Below, piece by piece: positions 36,858 to 49,370 of a stretch of 64,000 nucleotides of DNA; position 1 is the first letter of the stretch; each line of letters opens with the position of its first letter. Under the pieces are notes generated by a model, which did not search any database, had not been told where the DNA came from, and saw only the letters and a program-made list of their open reading frames with translations. Made by a program: the position numbers and the translations under genes. The stretch is taken from NCBI RefSeq assembly GCF_963921235.1, contig NC_086108.1, forward strand, positions 18,600,001 through 18,664,000, in the 5' to 3' direction. This stretch comes from Mobula hypostoma (Eukaryota).

Positions 36858-39479
36858 ACAGATCCCTACGGAACACCACTAGTCACTGTCCTCCATGCAG
36901 AATATGAACTATCCACAACCACCCTTCGTTTTCTGTGGTCATGCCAATTCTGGATCTACAAAACAAGGTTTCCTTGGATCCCATGCTTCATTACTTTCTG
37001 TATGAGCTTTATCAAATGCCTTATTGAAATCCATATACACTACATCCACTGCTCTACCTTCATCATTAGACTTCAAAAATCAAAGTATTGAGCACAGGAG
37101 CTAGGATGTTATGTTGATGATGTATAAGACATTGGTGAGGCTTAATTTGGGGTATTGTGTGCAGTTCTGGTCACCTATCTACAAAAAAGGTATCAATAAG
37201 ATTGAAAGAGTACAGAGAAACTTTACAAGAATATTGCCAGGAATTGAGGACCTGAGTTGTAGGGAAATTTTGACTAGGTAGGACTTTATTCCCTCCAGTG
37301 TAGGAGAGTGAGGGTAGATTTGATAAAGGATATATTAAATCATCCATGTTATAAATAGGGTAAATGGAAGCAGGCTTTTTACACTGAGGTTAAAGAAACT
37401 ACAATTAGAGGCCATGGGTTAAGGTGAAAGGTGAAATATTTAAGGGAAACCTTAGGGGAACTTGTTCGCTCAGAGGGTAGTGAGAGTGTGGAATGATCAT
37501 CTAGCAGAAGTGGTGGATGCAGGTTTGATTTCAACATTTAAGAGAAGTTTGGCTAAGTAAGTAGATGAGAAGGGGTATGGAGGGCTATGGTCAAGGTACA
37601 AGTCAATGGAATGAGGCTAAATAATATTTTAGCATGGACTAGATGGGTCAAATAGCCTGTTTCTGTGCTTTATGACTCTATAGATCAGTACAGGACAGTG
37701 CAGACCCTTCAGTTCATGATTTATTCCACAAGTTTAACCTTAGCCATCCCACAGAGCCCATAACCTTCCATTTTTTACATCCTTCTGCCTGAGTCTTTTA
37801 AATGCCCCTATTGTATTAAGAGTTTTAAATTGCCCTACAGTTGTGAGTTGAAATGCCAGTGTATTATTCTGCTAGAAGCTAGAACAGGTTTAGAGGAAGC
37901 TCCCTTATACTGTACCTCCCTTACTGATACACTATGAGTGTCCAAATATCAAAGGGTCCCTTGACAAACCTGTGTAGACCATTCTGGGACTACACCAGCT
38001 CCAATAGTGAATGCAGAGCTGGGGGTGGCCACATCTGCTTCCCATTCTGGTGTTAGAGGCTCACTGCATGACTATTACTTTAGCCATGGAATGATCGTTG
38101 GTGCCAGAAAGGGTGGTTTGAGTATTTCAGAAACTGCTGATATCCTGGGACTTTCAAATCGCCATACATTGCTAGAGTGGCATGCAGAAGAGTAGAATTA
38201 GATCATTTGATCCATCAACTCTGCTCATTCGATCATGGTTGACTTATTTTCCCACTCACCTTATTCCTTCTTCACCCCTCTTTCATCAGGCAGAAGATAC
38301 AAAAGCTTGAAAATACAAACCACAAGACTTAAGGACAGCTAATATCATCTGTTATAAGACTCTTGAACTGACCACTTGTACAATAAAGACAAACTCTTGA
38401 TCTCACAGAATACCTCATTATGGCTCATGCATCTTACAGTCTACCTGCACTGCACTTTCCCTTTGCTCTACCGTGATGTAGGAATGATCCGTATGGATAA
38501 CACACAAACAAAGTTTGTCACTGTAGCTTGGTACATAAAGAGGTTAGTCTTACTTGTCATGTACATTGAAACATACAGTGAAATTTGTAGTTTGCATCAA
38601 TTCAGATCAGTGATGATGTGCTGGGGGCCATCACGCTTCTGGTACCAACACTGCATGCCCACAACTTCCTAACCCTATCCCCAGTGGTTCAATGGGCTAA
38701 AGAGCCTGCTTCCATGGTATATGACTTTATTTTCAGCCAGAAGTCTGATCTGTTCTGCAAACTGGGAGTTTAGTTTTCCTGTCTGCTGACAACGGACGGA
38801 GGTCCCAGTTGTTTGTGCTCAGCACATCAACGCTACGATCCTTCCATTCCAATGTCGCTCAGCTCCAACACACTTCAGAATGCCCTGAGACTGCAATGAA
38901 TGTGGAATAAATGTCAGTCATTCCCTAGAAAGAGCCTTACCTGGCAAAATTCGGAGTTCTCAAGAGGCTCACAGTTCTTTACACAGGTGGTGTCGAAGTT
39001 TAATGAGCCGGGCCGTTGCAGTACCCAGCAGCAAGAAGTATAGTTAAACTTCACTATGCCTTCCTATTATACCCCAACCCTTCTCAACCTCTCACAGAGG
39101 GCAAGGAGTGTGTAAAGTGCATGGGGCAATGTCCACATTCAAAATTGTTAATCTGTGGTTATGTGGAGCACGGAGTTTTCTTGTGGCTATGGGCACATAG
39201 GTATGCCATTCCAAACAATAGACTACATCAAATCCTGCAGCTACCCTGGCCCAACACCCAAAGCCAACAATCCACAGTAAGTGCCCTTTCCACACCCCAA
39301 TCTAATTTAAAGACTCAGCAGTATTCTCTCCCACCCCTGACCCCTTCAGAATCTTAATGGTGCAGAAATCTTTGTCTTCCAGGGTGTTCCTGGTTACCTG
39401 TGCCAATCTGTACCACATTCATATCTATCCATCACCAGATAGCTATCTTGGTCATTCTTGAAAGTTACATCAACACAAG

Positions 39480-40064
39480 TGTAATGCTCTGGTTCACATT
39501 TTCACTGCTATGCTGTAGGTATTTCATTTAGCAGTTCTGTAAGAGCAGTCTGTTCTGCTTTCAGCTGTTTGGGTTATTGTTGAAGTTAAGGGCTGATGAA
39601 GAATGTGTGCTATCCAATTAGGTCAGTGGAACTGGGGGGAGGTTTTTCTGGTGAGGGACACTAAGGCTGGTTTCAGGGATTTTGCTCGATGAGAGATGAA
39701 GAGAGAAGACGCTGGAGAAAGCAGGTTGTAGGATTTGATGAAGCCAGGTCTTGAGATCGATGAAGGATCGATGAGTATGCTGAAATGTTGAGCTCCAACT
39801 TGTGTACATTTGACTGTTTAGTTAAAATGGGCCCTTTTCTTTTTGTTTTTCTTTACTAACCATTTAGTTAAGATTCATAAATATAATTCCCGTAATTGTA
39901 TGCAGCGTACTGTCTGCTATTTTGTGGCACTAATTTGTAACAGGGTAGCAAATTACACAAATCGGCGTTTGGGGTGGGAGAGCCATCTCAATCTCATGGG
40001 TTTGGCGGGACCGGAGAGTGTCTTCCCTAGACTCACGCAGCCAAGGAAACCAAGGGCTTTCACA
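39480..40064 (+). mobile_element. Probable solo LTR
   Basis: TGTAA...TTTCACA termini and LTR-like composition; no clear TSD. Confidence 0.45.
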
Positions 40065-40199
40065 GGATTATATTCCACAGATAAACGACTGCTCTGGAAA
40101 AGGAAATCACTTTAATCTCTATTTATGCTTGAGGCTCACTTATTTTGTATTTCGATCTTTTACCTCTATAATCACAGCTAATTATGACAAGCTACTTAC

Positions 40200-40286
40200 A
40201 AATACATTATACATGCCCTTCATTGTTTCAAAGAGCTGCATCAGTGTTGACAAGAAGCCATCCACTTCAAAGTAATTCATTTTTCT
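40200..40286 (-). CDS. Candidate host exon of unknown gene (RKMNYFEVDGFLSTLMQLFETMKGMYNVF)
   Basis: TCTTTACAG acceptor, GTAAGT donor, 87 nt with a single open frame (phase 0/0), in non-repeat sequence. Confidence 0.3.
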
Positions 40287-40842
40287 CTGTAAAGACTCAG
40301 TACGGGTCTGCGCTAAGCAATGAGGTGTAGGAAAGAGTGGTCCCACAGATAGAGCCAAGCTGGCCTGAATGCTTTAAAATATGATCCATAGTAGAGGCAC
40401 AGTTGGCTGCCTCAAACCACCCTGGTTCAATCTTGATGTCTTGAGTTGTCTGTATAAAGTTTTCATATGGTCCCTCTTGGACTTCCTGTTTCCTCACACA
40501 TCTCAAAAGGGGGCAGGTTGGAAAGTTAATCAGTACTGTGAATTACCCATAGTGTGAGGGTAAGTGGTAGAAATGATGGAATTGTGATGATAATGGTACT
40601 TATAGTCAGTGGCCATTTTATTAGGTACACCTGTGCACCTGCTCATTAACACAAACATCTAGTCAACCAATCATGTGGCAGCAATTCAATGCATAAAAGC
40701 ATGAAGGCATAGTCAAGCAGTTCAAGTGTTGTTCAGAACAAACATCAGAATAGGAAAGAAATGTGATCTCAGTGACTTTGTCCATGGAATGATTGTTGGT
40801 GCCAAACGGGATGATTTGAGTATCTCAGAAACTGCTGATCTC

Positions 40843-43800
40843 ATAGAACAGAGAACATAGAAAAGTACAGCACAGTACAGGCCTTTCAGCCCACAATGCT
40901 GTGCCCACCCTCAAACCCTGCCTCCCATATAAGCCCCCAACTTAAATACCTCCATATACCTGTCTAGTAGTCTCTTAAATATCATGAGTGTATCTGCCTC
41001 CACCACTGACTCAAGCAGTGCATTCCACACACCAACCACTCTCTGAGTAAAAAACCTTCCTCTAATATCCCCCTTGAACTTCCCACCCCTTACCTTAAAG
41101 CCATGTCCTCTTGTACTGAGCAGTGGTGCCCTGGGGAAGAGGCGCTGGCTATCCACTATCTATTCCTCTTATTATCTTGTACACCTCTATCATGTCTCCT
41201 CTCATCCTCCTTCTCTCCAAAGAGTAAAGCCCTAGCTCCCTTAATCTCTGATCATAATGCATACTCTCTAAACCAGGCAGCATCCTGGTAAATCTCCTCT
41301 GTACCCTTTCCAATGCTTCCACATCCTTCCTATAGTGAGGCGACCAGAACTGGACACAGTACTCCAATTGTGGCATAACCAGAGTTTTATAGAGCTGCAT
41401 CATTACATCGCGACTCTTAATCTCTATCCCTCGACTTATGAAAGCTAACACCCCATAAGCTTTCTTAACTACCCTATCTACCTCTGAGGCAACTTTCAGG
41501 GATCTGTGGACATGTACCCCCAGATCCCTCTGCTCCTCCACACCACCAAGTATCCTGCCATTTACTTTGTACTCTGCCTTGGAGTTTGTCCTTCCAAAGT
41601 GTCCCACCTCACAATTCTCCAGGTTGAACTCCATCTGCCACTTCTCAGCCCACTTCTGCATCCTATCAATGTCTCTCTGCAATCTCTGACAATCCTCTAC
41701 ACTATCTACAACACCACCAACCTTTGTGTCATCTGTAAACTTGCCAACCCACCCTTCTGCCCCCACATCCAGGTCGTTGATAAAAATCACGAAAAGTAGA
41801 GGTCCTAGAACAGATCCTTGTGGGACACCACTAGTCACAATCCTCCAATCTGAATGTACTCCCTCCATCATGACCCTCTGCCTTCTGCAGACAAGCCAAT
41901 TCTGAATCCACCTGGCCAAACTTCCCTGCATCCCATGCCTTCTGACTTTCTGAATAAGCCTACCATGTGGAACCTTGTCAAATGCCTTACTAAAATCCAT
42001 ATAGATCACATCCACTGCACTACCCTCATCTATGTGCCTGGTCACCTACTCAAAAATCTATCAGGCTTGTTAGACATGGTCTTCCCTTCACAAAGCCATG
42101 CTGACTGTCCCTGATCAGACCATGATTCTCTAAATGTCCAGAGATCCTATCTCTAAGAATCTTTTCCAACAGCTTTCCCATCACAGACGTAAGGCTCACT
42201 GGTCTATAATTACCCGGACTATCCCTACTACCTTTTTTGAATAAGGGGACAACATTCACCTCGCTCCAGTCCTCTGGTACCATTCCCGTGGACAACGAGG
42301 ACATTAAGATCCTAGCCAGAGGCTCAGCAATCTCTTGCCTCGCCTCGTGGAGCAGCCTGGGGAATATTCCGTCAGGCCCCGGGGACTTATCTGTCCTAAT
42401 GTATTTTAACAACTCCAACACCTCCTCTCCCTTAATATCAACATGCTCCAGAACATCAACCTCACTCATATTGTCCTCACCATCATCAAGTTCCCTCTCA
42501 TTGGTGAATACCAAAGAGAAGTATTCATTGAGGACCTCGCTCACTTCCATAGCCTCCAGGTACATCTTCCCACCTTTATCTCTAATCAGTCCTGCCTTCA
42601 CTCCTGTCATCCTTTTTTTCTTCACCTAATTGAAGAATGCCTTGGGGTTTTCCTTTACCCTATTTGCCAAGGCCTTCTCATGCCCCCTTCTGGCTCTTCT
42701 CAGCCCCTTCTTAAGCTCCTTTCTTGCTTCCCTATATTCCTCAATAGACCCATCTGATCCCTGCTTCCTAAACCTCATGTATGCTGCCGTTTTCCACCTG
42801 ACTAGATTTTCCACCTCACTTGTCACCCATGGTTTCTTCACCCTACCATTCTTTACCTTCCTCACCGGGACAAATTTATCCCTAACATCCTTCAAGAGAT
42901 CTCTAAACATCGATCACATGTCCATAGCACATTTCCCTGCAAAAACATTATCACAATTCACACCCGCAAGTTCTAGCCTTATAGCCTCATAATTTCCCCT
43001 TCCCCAATTAAAAATTTTCCTGTCCTCTCTGATTCTATCCTTTCCCATAATTCTAAAGACCAGGGAGCGGTGGTCACTGTCCCCCAGATGCTCACCCACT
43101 GAGAGATCTGTGACCTGACCCAGTTCATTACATAGTACTAGATCTAGTATGGCATTCCCCTGAGTCAGCCTGTCCACATACTGTGACAGGAATCCATCCT
43201 GGACACACTTAACAAACTCTGCCCCATCTAAACCCTTGAAACTAATCAGGTGCCAATCAATATTAGGGAAGTTAAAGTCACCCATGATAACAACCCTATT
43301 ATTTTTGTACCTTTCCAAAATCTGCCTCCCAATCTGCTCCTCTGTATCTCTGCTACTACCAGGGGGCCTATAGAATACCCCCAATAGAGTAACTGCTCCC
43401 TTCCTGTTCCTGACTTCCACCCATACTGACTCAAAGGAGGTTCCTGCTACATTACCCATGCTTTCTGTAGCTGTAATAGTATCCCTGACCAGTAATGCCA
43501 CCCCTCCTCCCCTTTTTCCGCCCTCTCTATCCCTTTTAAAGCACTGAAATCCAGGAATATTGAGAATCCATTCCTGCCCTGGTGCCAGCCAAGACACTGT
43601 AATGGCCACTACATCATAATTCCATGCATGTATCCAAGCTGTCAGTTCATCACCTTTGTTCCTGATGCTTCTTGCATTGAGGTACACACATTTCAGCCCT
43701 TCTACCTTACTGTCTTTACACTGTTTGTTCTGCTTCTCTTTCCTCAAAGCCTCTCTATATGTTAGATCTGGCTTATGTTAGATCTGGCTTTACTCCATGC

Positions 43801-44297
43801 ACTTCTTTCACTGCTCTATCACTCTGGGTCCCATCCCCCTCGCAAATTAGTTTAAACCCTCCCGAACCATGCCAGCTAACCTACCTGCAAGGATATTGCT
43901 CCCCCTCGAGTTCAGGTTCAACCCATCCAATCTGTACAGGTCCCACCTTCCCCAGAAGAGATCCCAATGATCCAAAAACCTAAAACCCTGCTCCCTGCAC
44001 CAACGCCTCAGCCACACATTCAACTGCCATCTCCTCCAATTCTTATCATCTCTGTCACGTAGCACTGGCAGCAATCCTGAGAACGTCACCCTTGAGGTCC
44101 TGTTCTTCAGCCTTCTGCCTGGTTCCCGAAACTCACACTTCAGGACCTCATCCCTCTTCCTGCCTATGTCGTTGGTCCCAACATGTATCATGACTTCTGA
44201 TTGCTTTCCCTCTTGTACCAGGATGTCGTGCACCCAGAGACATCCCGGACCCTGGCACCCGGGAGGCAACAAACCATGCGGGTGTCCTTCTCACGAC
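40843..44297 (-). mobile_element. CR1 LINE truncated within ORF1, ORF2 near-complete but disrupted
   Basis: ORF1 end 43847-44272 (HVGTNDIG..EGLN*); endonuclease 42914-43747; RT 41149-42625 (DFSKAFDKV, GVPQGSVLGP, FTDDTK); tail at 40843. Confidence 0.95.
43850..43856 (-). promoter_or_regulatory. Candidate -1 ribosomal frameshift heptamer U_UUA_AAC at the ORF1/ORF2 junction
   Basis: Minus strand GAG GGT TTA AAC TAA; X_XXY_YYZ in correct phase; -1 frame leads into the endonuclease with no AUG once a 16-bp duplication is removed. Confidence 0.65.
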
Positions 44298-44889
44298 CTG
44301 GGATTTTCACACACAACAATCTCGAGTTTACAGAGAATGGTGTGACAAACAAACATGCAGAGAGCAGCAGTTCTGTGGGTGAAAATGTGTTATTATGAGA
44401 GAGGTCAGGGGAGAAGAACAGGCTGTTTCAAGCTGACAGAAAGGTGACAGTAACAACAGCAGTATGCAGAAGAGCACAACACATTGAACCTTGAAGTGGA
44501 TGCAGCAGCAGAAGACCACGAACTTCCAAAAATACACTCAGTGCCCACTTTATGAGGCAGAGGAGGCACCCAATAAGAGCGTATGTGGGATTAATGTAGA
44601 TGGATGCTCGGTGTTCATCAAGGAATCAATGATCCAAAGGGCATGTTTCCAAGCTGCATGTGTCTATGATTCTATAACTCCCATTGGAGATCAAAACTTA
44701 GTCAGCTCATGGGCATACATATACATGCCAGGGATATTTGGGGAAATAGGATCAAAGGGATTGCTCAATGGGCCAAATGTCTCCTTCTTCTGTCACAAGG
44801 GAATATAAGGAACATTAGATTGAAACAGTAAAAGTTCTGTAAGCTCTTGCCACTCTGTTATCCAGGGTTCTGATTTCCTCACTCCTTAC

Positions 44890-47370
44890 TCTTGTCATTA
44901 GTGCAATCTATTTGCTGAAAAATAAACATCCAAATAATATGCTGATGATATAGCTTTACTAAAGCAATTCTAATAAATGTTTTTTTTCCCCACATTGGTT
45001 AATCCCAATTTTCTCTTCTCCACAACCTCCTGATCCACTTCCCCATCTCAGGAAATCAAAGTACCTCTCTCTATGCAGGTCACTCTATAACAGCCCACCT
45101 TCCACTTGCCTCTGATCAGTATTGAGTATCTTGGCCAGCTTCTATAGCAGTCAATGCTGGTACGTGCTCATTGATAGAGTTCTTGTTCTTTAGCCACAAG
45201 AAAAAGCTGAAAGAGCAGGAGGGAGAAGCACCAAGCAAGGTGGGAGGGAGGGCAGAAAGAGATAAAAAGAACAATAGAAAGGAGTGAGAGAGAGTGAAGT
45301 AAGAGAGAGAAGGAAGGACAAGGGAGGTCAAAAACAAAAGAGCATAGCAAAAATTAGTGGGAAGCTAGAGGAAATTTGAAGAAGCCTTTAAAAAAAAACT
45401 AAAAAAGAAGCAATGAGGAGAAAGATAGCTTACAATATAGTAGAGTTTTTTCCCAGATATATGAAGAGTGAAAGAGAGATGAAAGTGAATATCGGACCGC
45501 TGGAAATTACGTTGGAGTGGTTGTACTGTGAAACAAAGAAATGGAGGACAAACTCAGTAAGAATTTTGTGTCAGTCTTCACTGAGGAAGATACCAACAGT
45601 ATGCCAGAAAGTTGAGAATATCAAGGGGCAGAAGTGTGTGTAGTGGTACTACTAAGGTGAAGATGCTTGGGAAGCTGAAAGGTCTGAAAGTAGATAAGTC
45701 ACTTGGACCCGATGGACTACACCCCAGGGTTCTGAAAGAGGTAGCTGAAGAGATTTGGGATGCATTAGTAGTGATCATTCAAGAATCACCAGACTGTGGA
45801 ATAGTTCCGCAGGACTGGAAAATTGCAAAAGTCATTCCACTCTTTAAGAAAGGAGCAAGGCAAAAGACTGGAAATTATAGACCAGTTTGCCTGACTTCAG
45901 TGATTGGAAAGATGCTGGAGTCAAGTTCAAGTTTAATCATCATTTGGGGCCCTCAGTGGTGGTGAAGGAGTAAGTTAGTGGGTAGATGTAGCATTTCTTT
46001 TGTTTGTAGGGATAAGCACCAGAAGGAAGATTAATGGGGAGGGATGAATGGACAAGGGAGGGTGTGATCCCTGCGGAAAGTAGGGAGTTGGGGTAAGTAA
46101 AGATGTGCTTGGTGGTAGGAACCCATTGAAGATGGCGGAATTTGTGGAGAATGATGTGTTGGATCCAGAGGCTCATGGAGTGGGAGGTGAAGACAAGAGG
46201 AACTCTATCCCTGTTAAGGAGGTAGGAAGATGGGATGAATATGGATGTCCGGGAAATGGAGGAGATGCAGATAGAGCAGTATCAATGGTGGTGGAAAGGA
46301 AACCCTGTCCTTTGAAAAGCATCAATGGTAAAGCAAGAGAAACCCTATTCTTTGAACAGCATCAGATTAGGAGAAAGGGCAAAGAAGTCAATGGAGATGG
46401 TCCAGGGGAGGTTCTCTAGAATGATCCCAAGAATGAAAAGTGTTTGATCACTCTGGACCTGAACTCACAGGAGTTTTGAAGAATGAGGGGCGATCTCATT
46501 GAAACCCACCAAATATTGAAAGGTCTTGACAGAATGGATGAGGAGAGTATGATTACTATCGTGGGTGAGTCTAGAACCAAGGGGCACAGCTCATTTAGAA
46601 CAGAGATGAGAAGAAATTTTGTTATCCAGAAAGTAGTGAGTAAGTGGAATTCATTGCCACAGAGGATCTGGAGGCAAGGTCATTGAGTATATTTAAAGCA
46701 GAGGTTGATAGGTTCTTGTTTATTAAGGGCATCAGAGGTTATGGAGAGAAGGCAGGAGAATAGGTTGAGAGGGATAATAAATAGACATGATGAAATGGTG
46801 GAGCAGACTTGATGTGCCAAATGGACTAATTCTGCTCCTATGATTTATGGTCTTTAGGGAAGAAAAGATAAAAGAAACAAAGAAATTGTGCCTACAATGC
46901 CAAACCCATGGTGTAATCATCTCACACAGAAAGCTCTTAACATGCCAGCTTTTTGGAAACTAGGTAGCACAACAAAGGTAACATTGGACAAATTTGGGCA
47001 AGCTTTGAATCTTCATATTACCCTTGATTTACACCCACATAGAGGCAGCAGTTGCTACAGAATGTGAACTTTTAGTGCAATCAACCAAGGATGTGCTTTA
47101 CCCAACACCAAGTGCAAGGCCACGGTAACCCAGCAGAAACTGGCCCAACTGTACCAAACAGAGGTAAATAGAAAGTAGTGTGTTATAGAATGACTTACAG
47201 AGAGGGATAAACTTTGATTTCTTGAGATGAGGAAGTAGATCAGGAAGTCATGGGGAAGAGAAAGTTGGGATTAAGCAGCATACAGGCAAATTTGTGAGTT
47301 GCTTTAATGTAGCCGAATAATTGGCACATTACTTGAATGGTTTTTGACTAAATATATTAAGCTAAAGAGC
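44890..47370. repeat. Diverged long inverted repeat pair (about 44890-45145 and 47135-47370)
   Basis: TTAATCCCAATTTTCTCTTCTCCAC...GAAATCAAAGT...CTATAACA at 44999-45092 is a diverged reverse complement of 47180-47274. Confidence 0.7.
45355..46856 (+). mobile_element. Decayed CR1 fragment with Penelope-like(-) fragment at about 45945-46420
   Basis: DKSLGPDGLHPRVLKE..NYRPVCLTS; reverse QHIILHKFRHLQWVPTTKHIF matches the Penelope at 50168-50698. Confidence 0.8.
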
Positions 47371-47480
47371 CATCTATTCCAGCTCAGACTCCTAGATCCT
47401 GACCAGTCTTTTCAATTGTATTCCAGGGCATCTATTTTGAGGCTGTGCCCTCTTGGTCCTAGACTCTCCTCCACTATTGG

Positions 47481-48165
47481 AGGGGAGGAGAAGATGGCGC
47501 CGCGACGCAGCACACGTGACCACTCTGAATGATATCTGTTTTTGTTAAGTAGGATGCCGTGCATAATGCTGATTTGATGGAGACAGACATGGGAAGCACG
47601 GAGGAACATTTGGAGAAACTTCTGAAATGCCCGCTTCGCTGCCGCTGCTACTGTGCGACCGAGAATCTCTGGAGGGGAAGGCCCCAAATCCTCAGCTTTT
47701 CCTTTTGCTTGGCCGCCGGGGCCAGGGTCAAAGCGTTTGGCAGAGATGGTGGTCAGTGCTCAGTGTCTGAGGGCTGGTCGGAGGCTTGAAGTTTTTGGAC
47801 GGACTCAAGAGTCGGCTGTGGTCAAGTGCTTCCAGGGTGCTGTATCGGCAAGTTTGCGGCGCTGGAGGTTCATGGCAGGGAGAGTTTTTCTTCCTTCTGC
47901 CGTCTACATGAGATACTGGGGCTATAGGGACTTTGAGACTTTTTTTTTTTACCAAGCCCATGGTCTGCTCTTTATCAAATTACAATATTGCTTGGCACTG
48001 TTGTAACTATATGTTAGAATTATGTGGTTTTTGTCAGTTTTTCAGTCTTGGTCTGTCTTGTGTTTCTGTGATATCATACTGGAGGAACATTGTATCATTT
48101 CTTAATATATGTATTACTAAATAACAATAAAAGAGGACTGTGTGTCCTCATAATCTAATCTAATC
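47481..48165 (+). mobile_element. Non-autonomous LINE-derived element with YY1-type head
   Basis: Starts AAGATGGCG in a CpG-rich head; ends AATAAA plus (TAATC)n. Confidence 0.55.
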
Positions 48166-49334
48166 AATATCAGTCCCACTTCACTGGACATTACACTCAT
48201 TCTATTCTACATATGAGCCCCACCTAGCACTGATTGCACAGTTCTAGTTTATCCAAAACCACTCATAGCACCGTCCACCCTGGAGAGAGCAGGTACTTCT
48301 TGGGAATGGCAGTGAACTCCAGTTACTTTACAACTCTCAGGCATGAAGTCCTGACAATAACTGGCATGACAGCACACATAGTTGTCAAATATGCAGAGAT
48401 GGGGTCCATTGATGGACTTCAGTTATCTAGCACACGCAGCAAATGAACGATCATTTGTGCATCATGACCATATTAAATAAAGATATGTTAACAGCTCAAG
48501 TCGACAAGGTACTGCAGGGCAAAGGCTCCTCTGTAAAGGGTGCTCACTTTATATCACAGAACTAGTTCAGCCTGGTGAGAAAGATAGGGGAAAGATAATC
48601 ATTTTCATTTCATTGTATAACATTAAGTTGTGCAACACAAGTGGATTCAGAGGAAAAATTGGCCAAATAGATAGTGGAGTCAGAACAACAGTGAGAAGTT
48701 GTATTGGGGTGCAGAGGGAGGGCTGTTCAGTCAGTCACAGAATGTGGACACTGCTGGCTTTTATTGTCCTCTAGGAAAGGGCACCCACATTGATCTGACA
48801 TTGCCCACATCCTTTGCACATCCAGCAAGTGTTAAGGATAGAACATTTCTTCTCTAGAAGGGTATAAAAATAGATGTAGGATATTACAATCATCTACCTG
48901 TTTCACAGTTATTGTTGTTGAGGGCAGGTTTACCTGATTAGTAAATCCCTGGAAGCCATACATGGATTTAAACTCATGTCTTTTGATCATTGGTCAGGGA
49001 CTTTGCAATAAGCAGAAGATACAAAAGCCAGAAAGTACATATGAACAGGCTCAAGGACTACATCTACCCTGCTGTTATATTACTATTGAGTGGTCCTCTG
49101 TTACCATGGATGGATACTTGGCCTCACAATCTATTGCATTATAATTTTGCACTTTCTCTATAATTATAACACTTTATTCTACATTCTGTTATCATTTTCC
49201 CTTGTACTACCTCAACATACTGATGTGATGAAACAATCTCACGAGGAAATCTGCTGATTCTGGAATTTCAAGCAACACACATAAAAGTTGCTGGTGAATG
49301 CAGCAGGCCAGGCAGCATCTCGAGGAAGAGGTAC

Positions 49335-49370
49335 AGCCGATATTTCGGGCCGAGACCCTTCATCAGGACT
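49335..49370 (-). ncRNA. Hammerhead ribozyme motif (stem III palindrome decayed)
   Basis: AGTC-CTGATGA-AGGGTCTCGGCCC-GAAA-TATC-GGCT. Confidence 0.7.

Larger units (their letters stand above)
34325..37685 (+). mobile_element. Old CR1(+) fragment hosting CR1(-) 34651-37063
   Basis: Host RT reads through after removing the insert; 7-bp TSD CATTAGA (34644-34650, 37064-37070). Confidence 0.85.
40605..44560. mobile_element. Tc1/mariner-type non-autonomous element split by the CR1 at 40843-44297
   Basis: TIR CAGTGGCCATTTTATTAGGTAC; GAAACTGCTGATCTC|CTGGGATTTTCACAC rejoins across the insert. Confidence 0.7.

Noticed and set aside
40200..40286. Resemblance of the exon-candidate peptide to the lipin N-terminus
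   Set aside because: Needs a gap and lacks the following NPATLSG motif; no gene name assigned
45116..45210. Possible terminal exon FFLWLKNKNSINEHVPALTAIEAGQDTQY*
   Set aside because: The acceptor derives from a low-complexity purine tract and the 3' part overlaps the inverted-repeat arm
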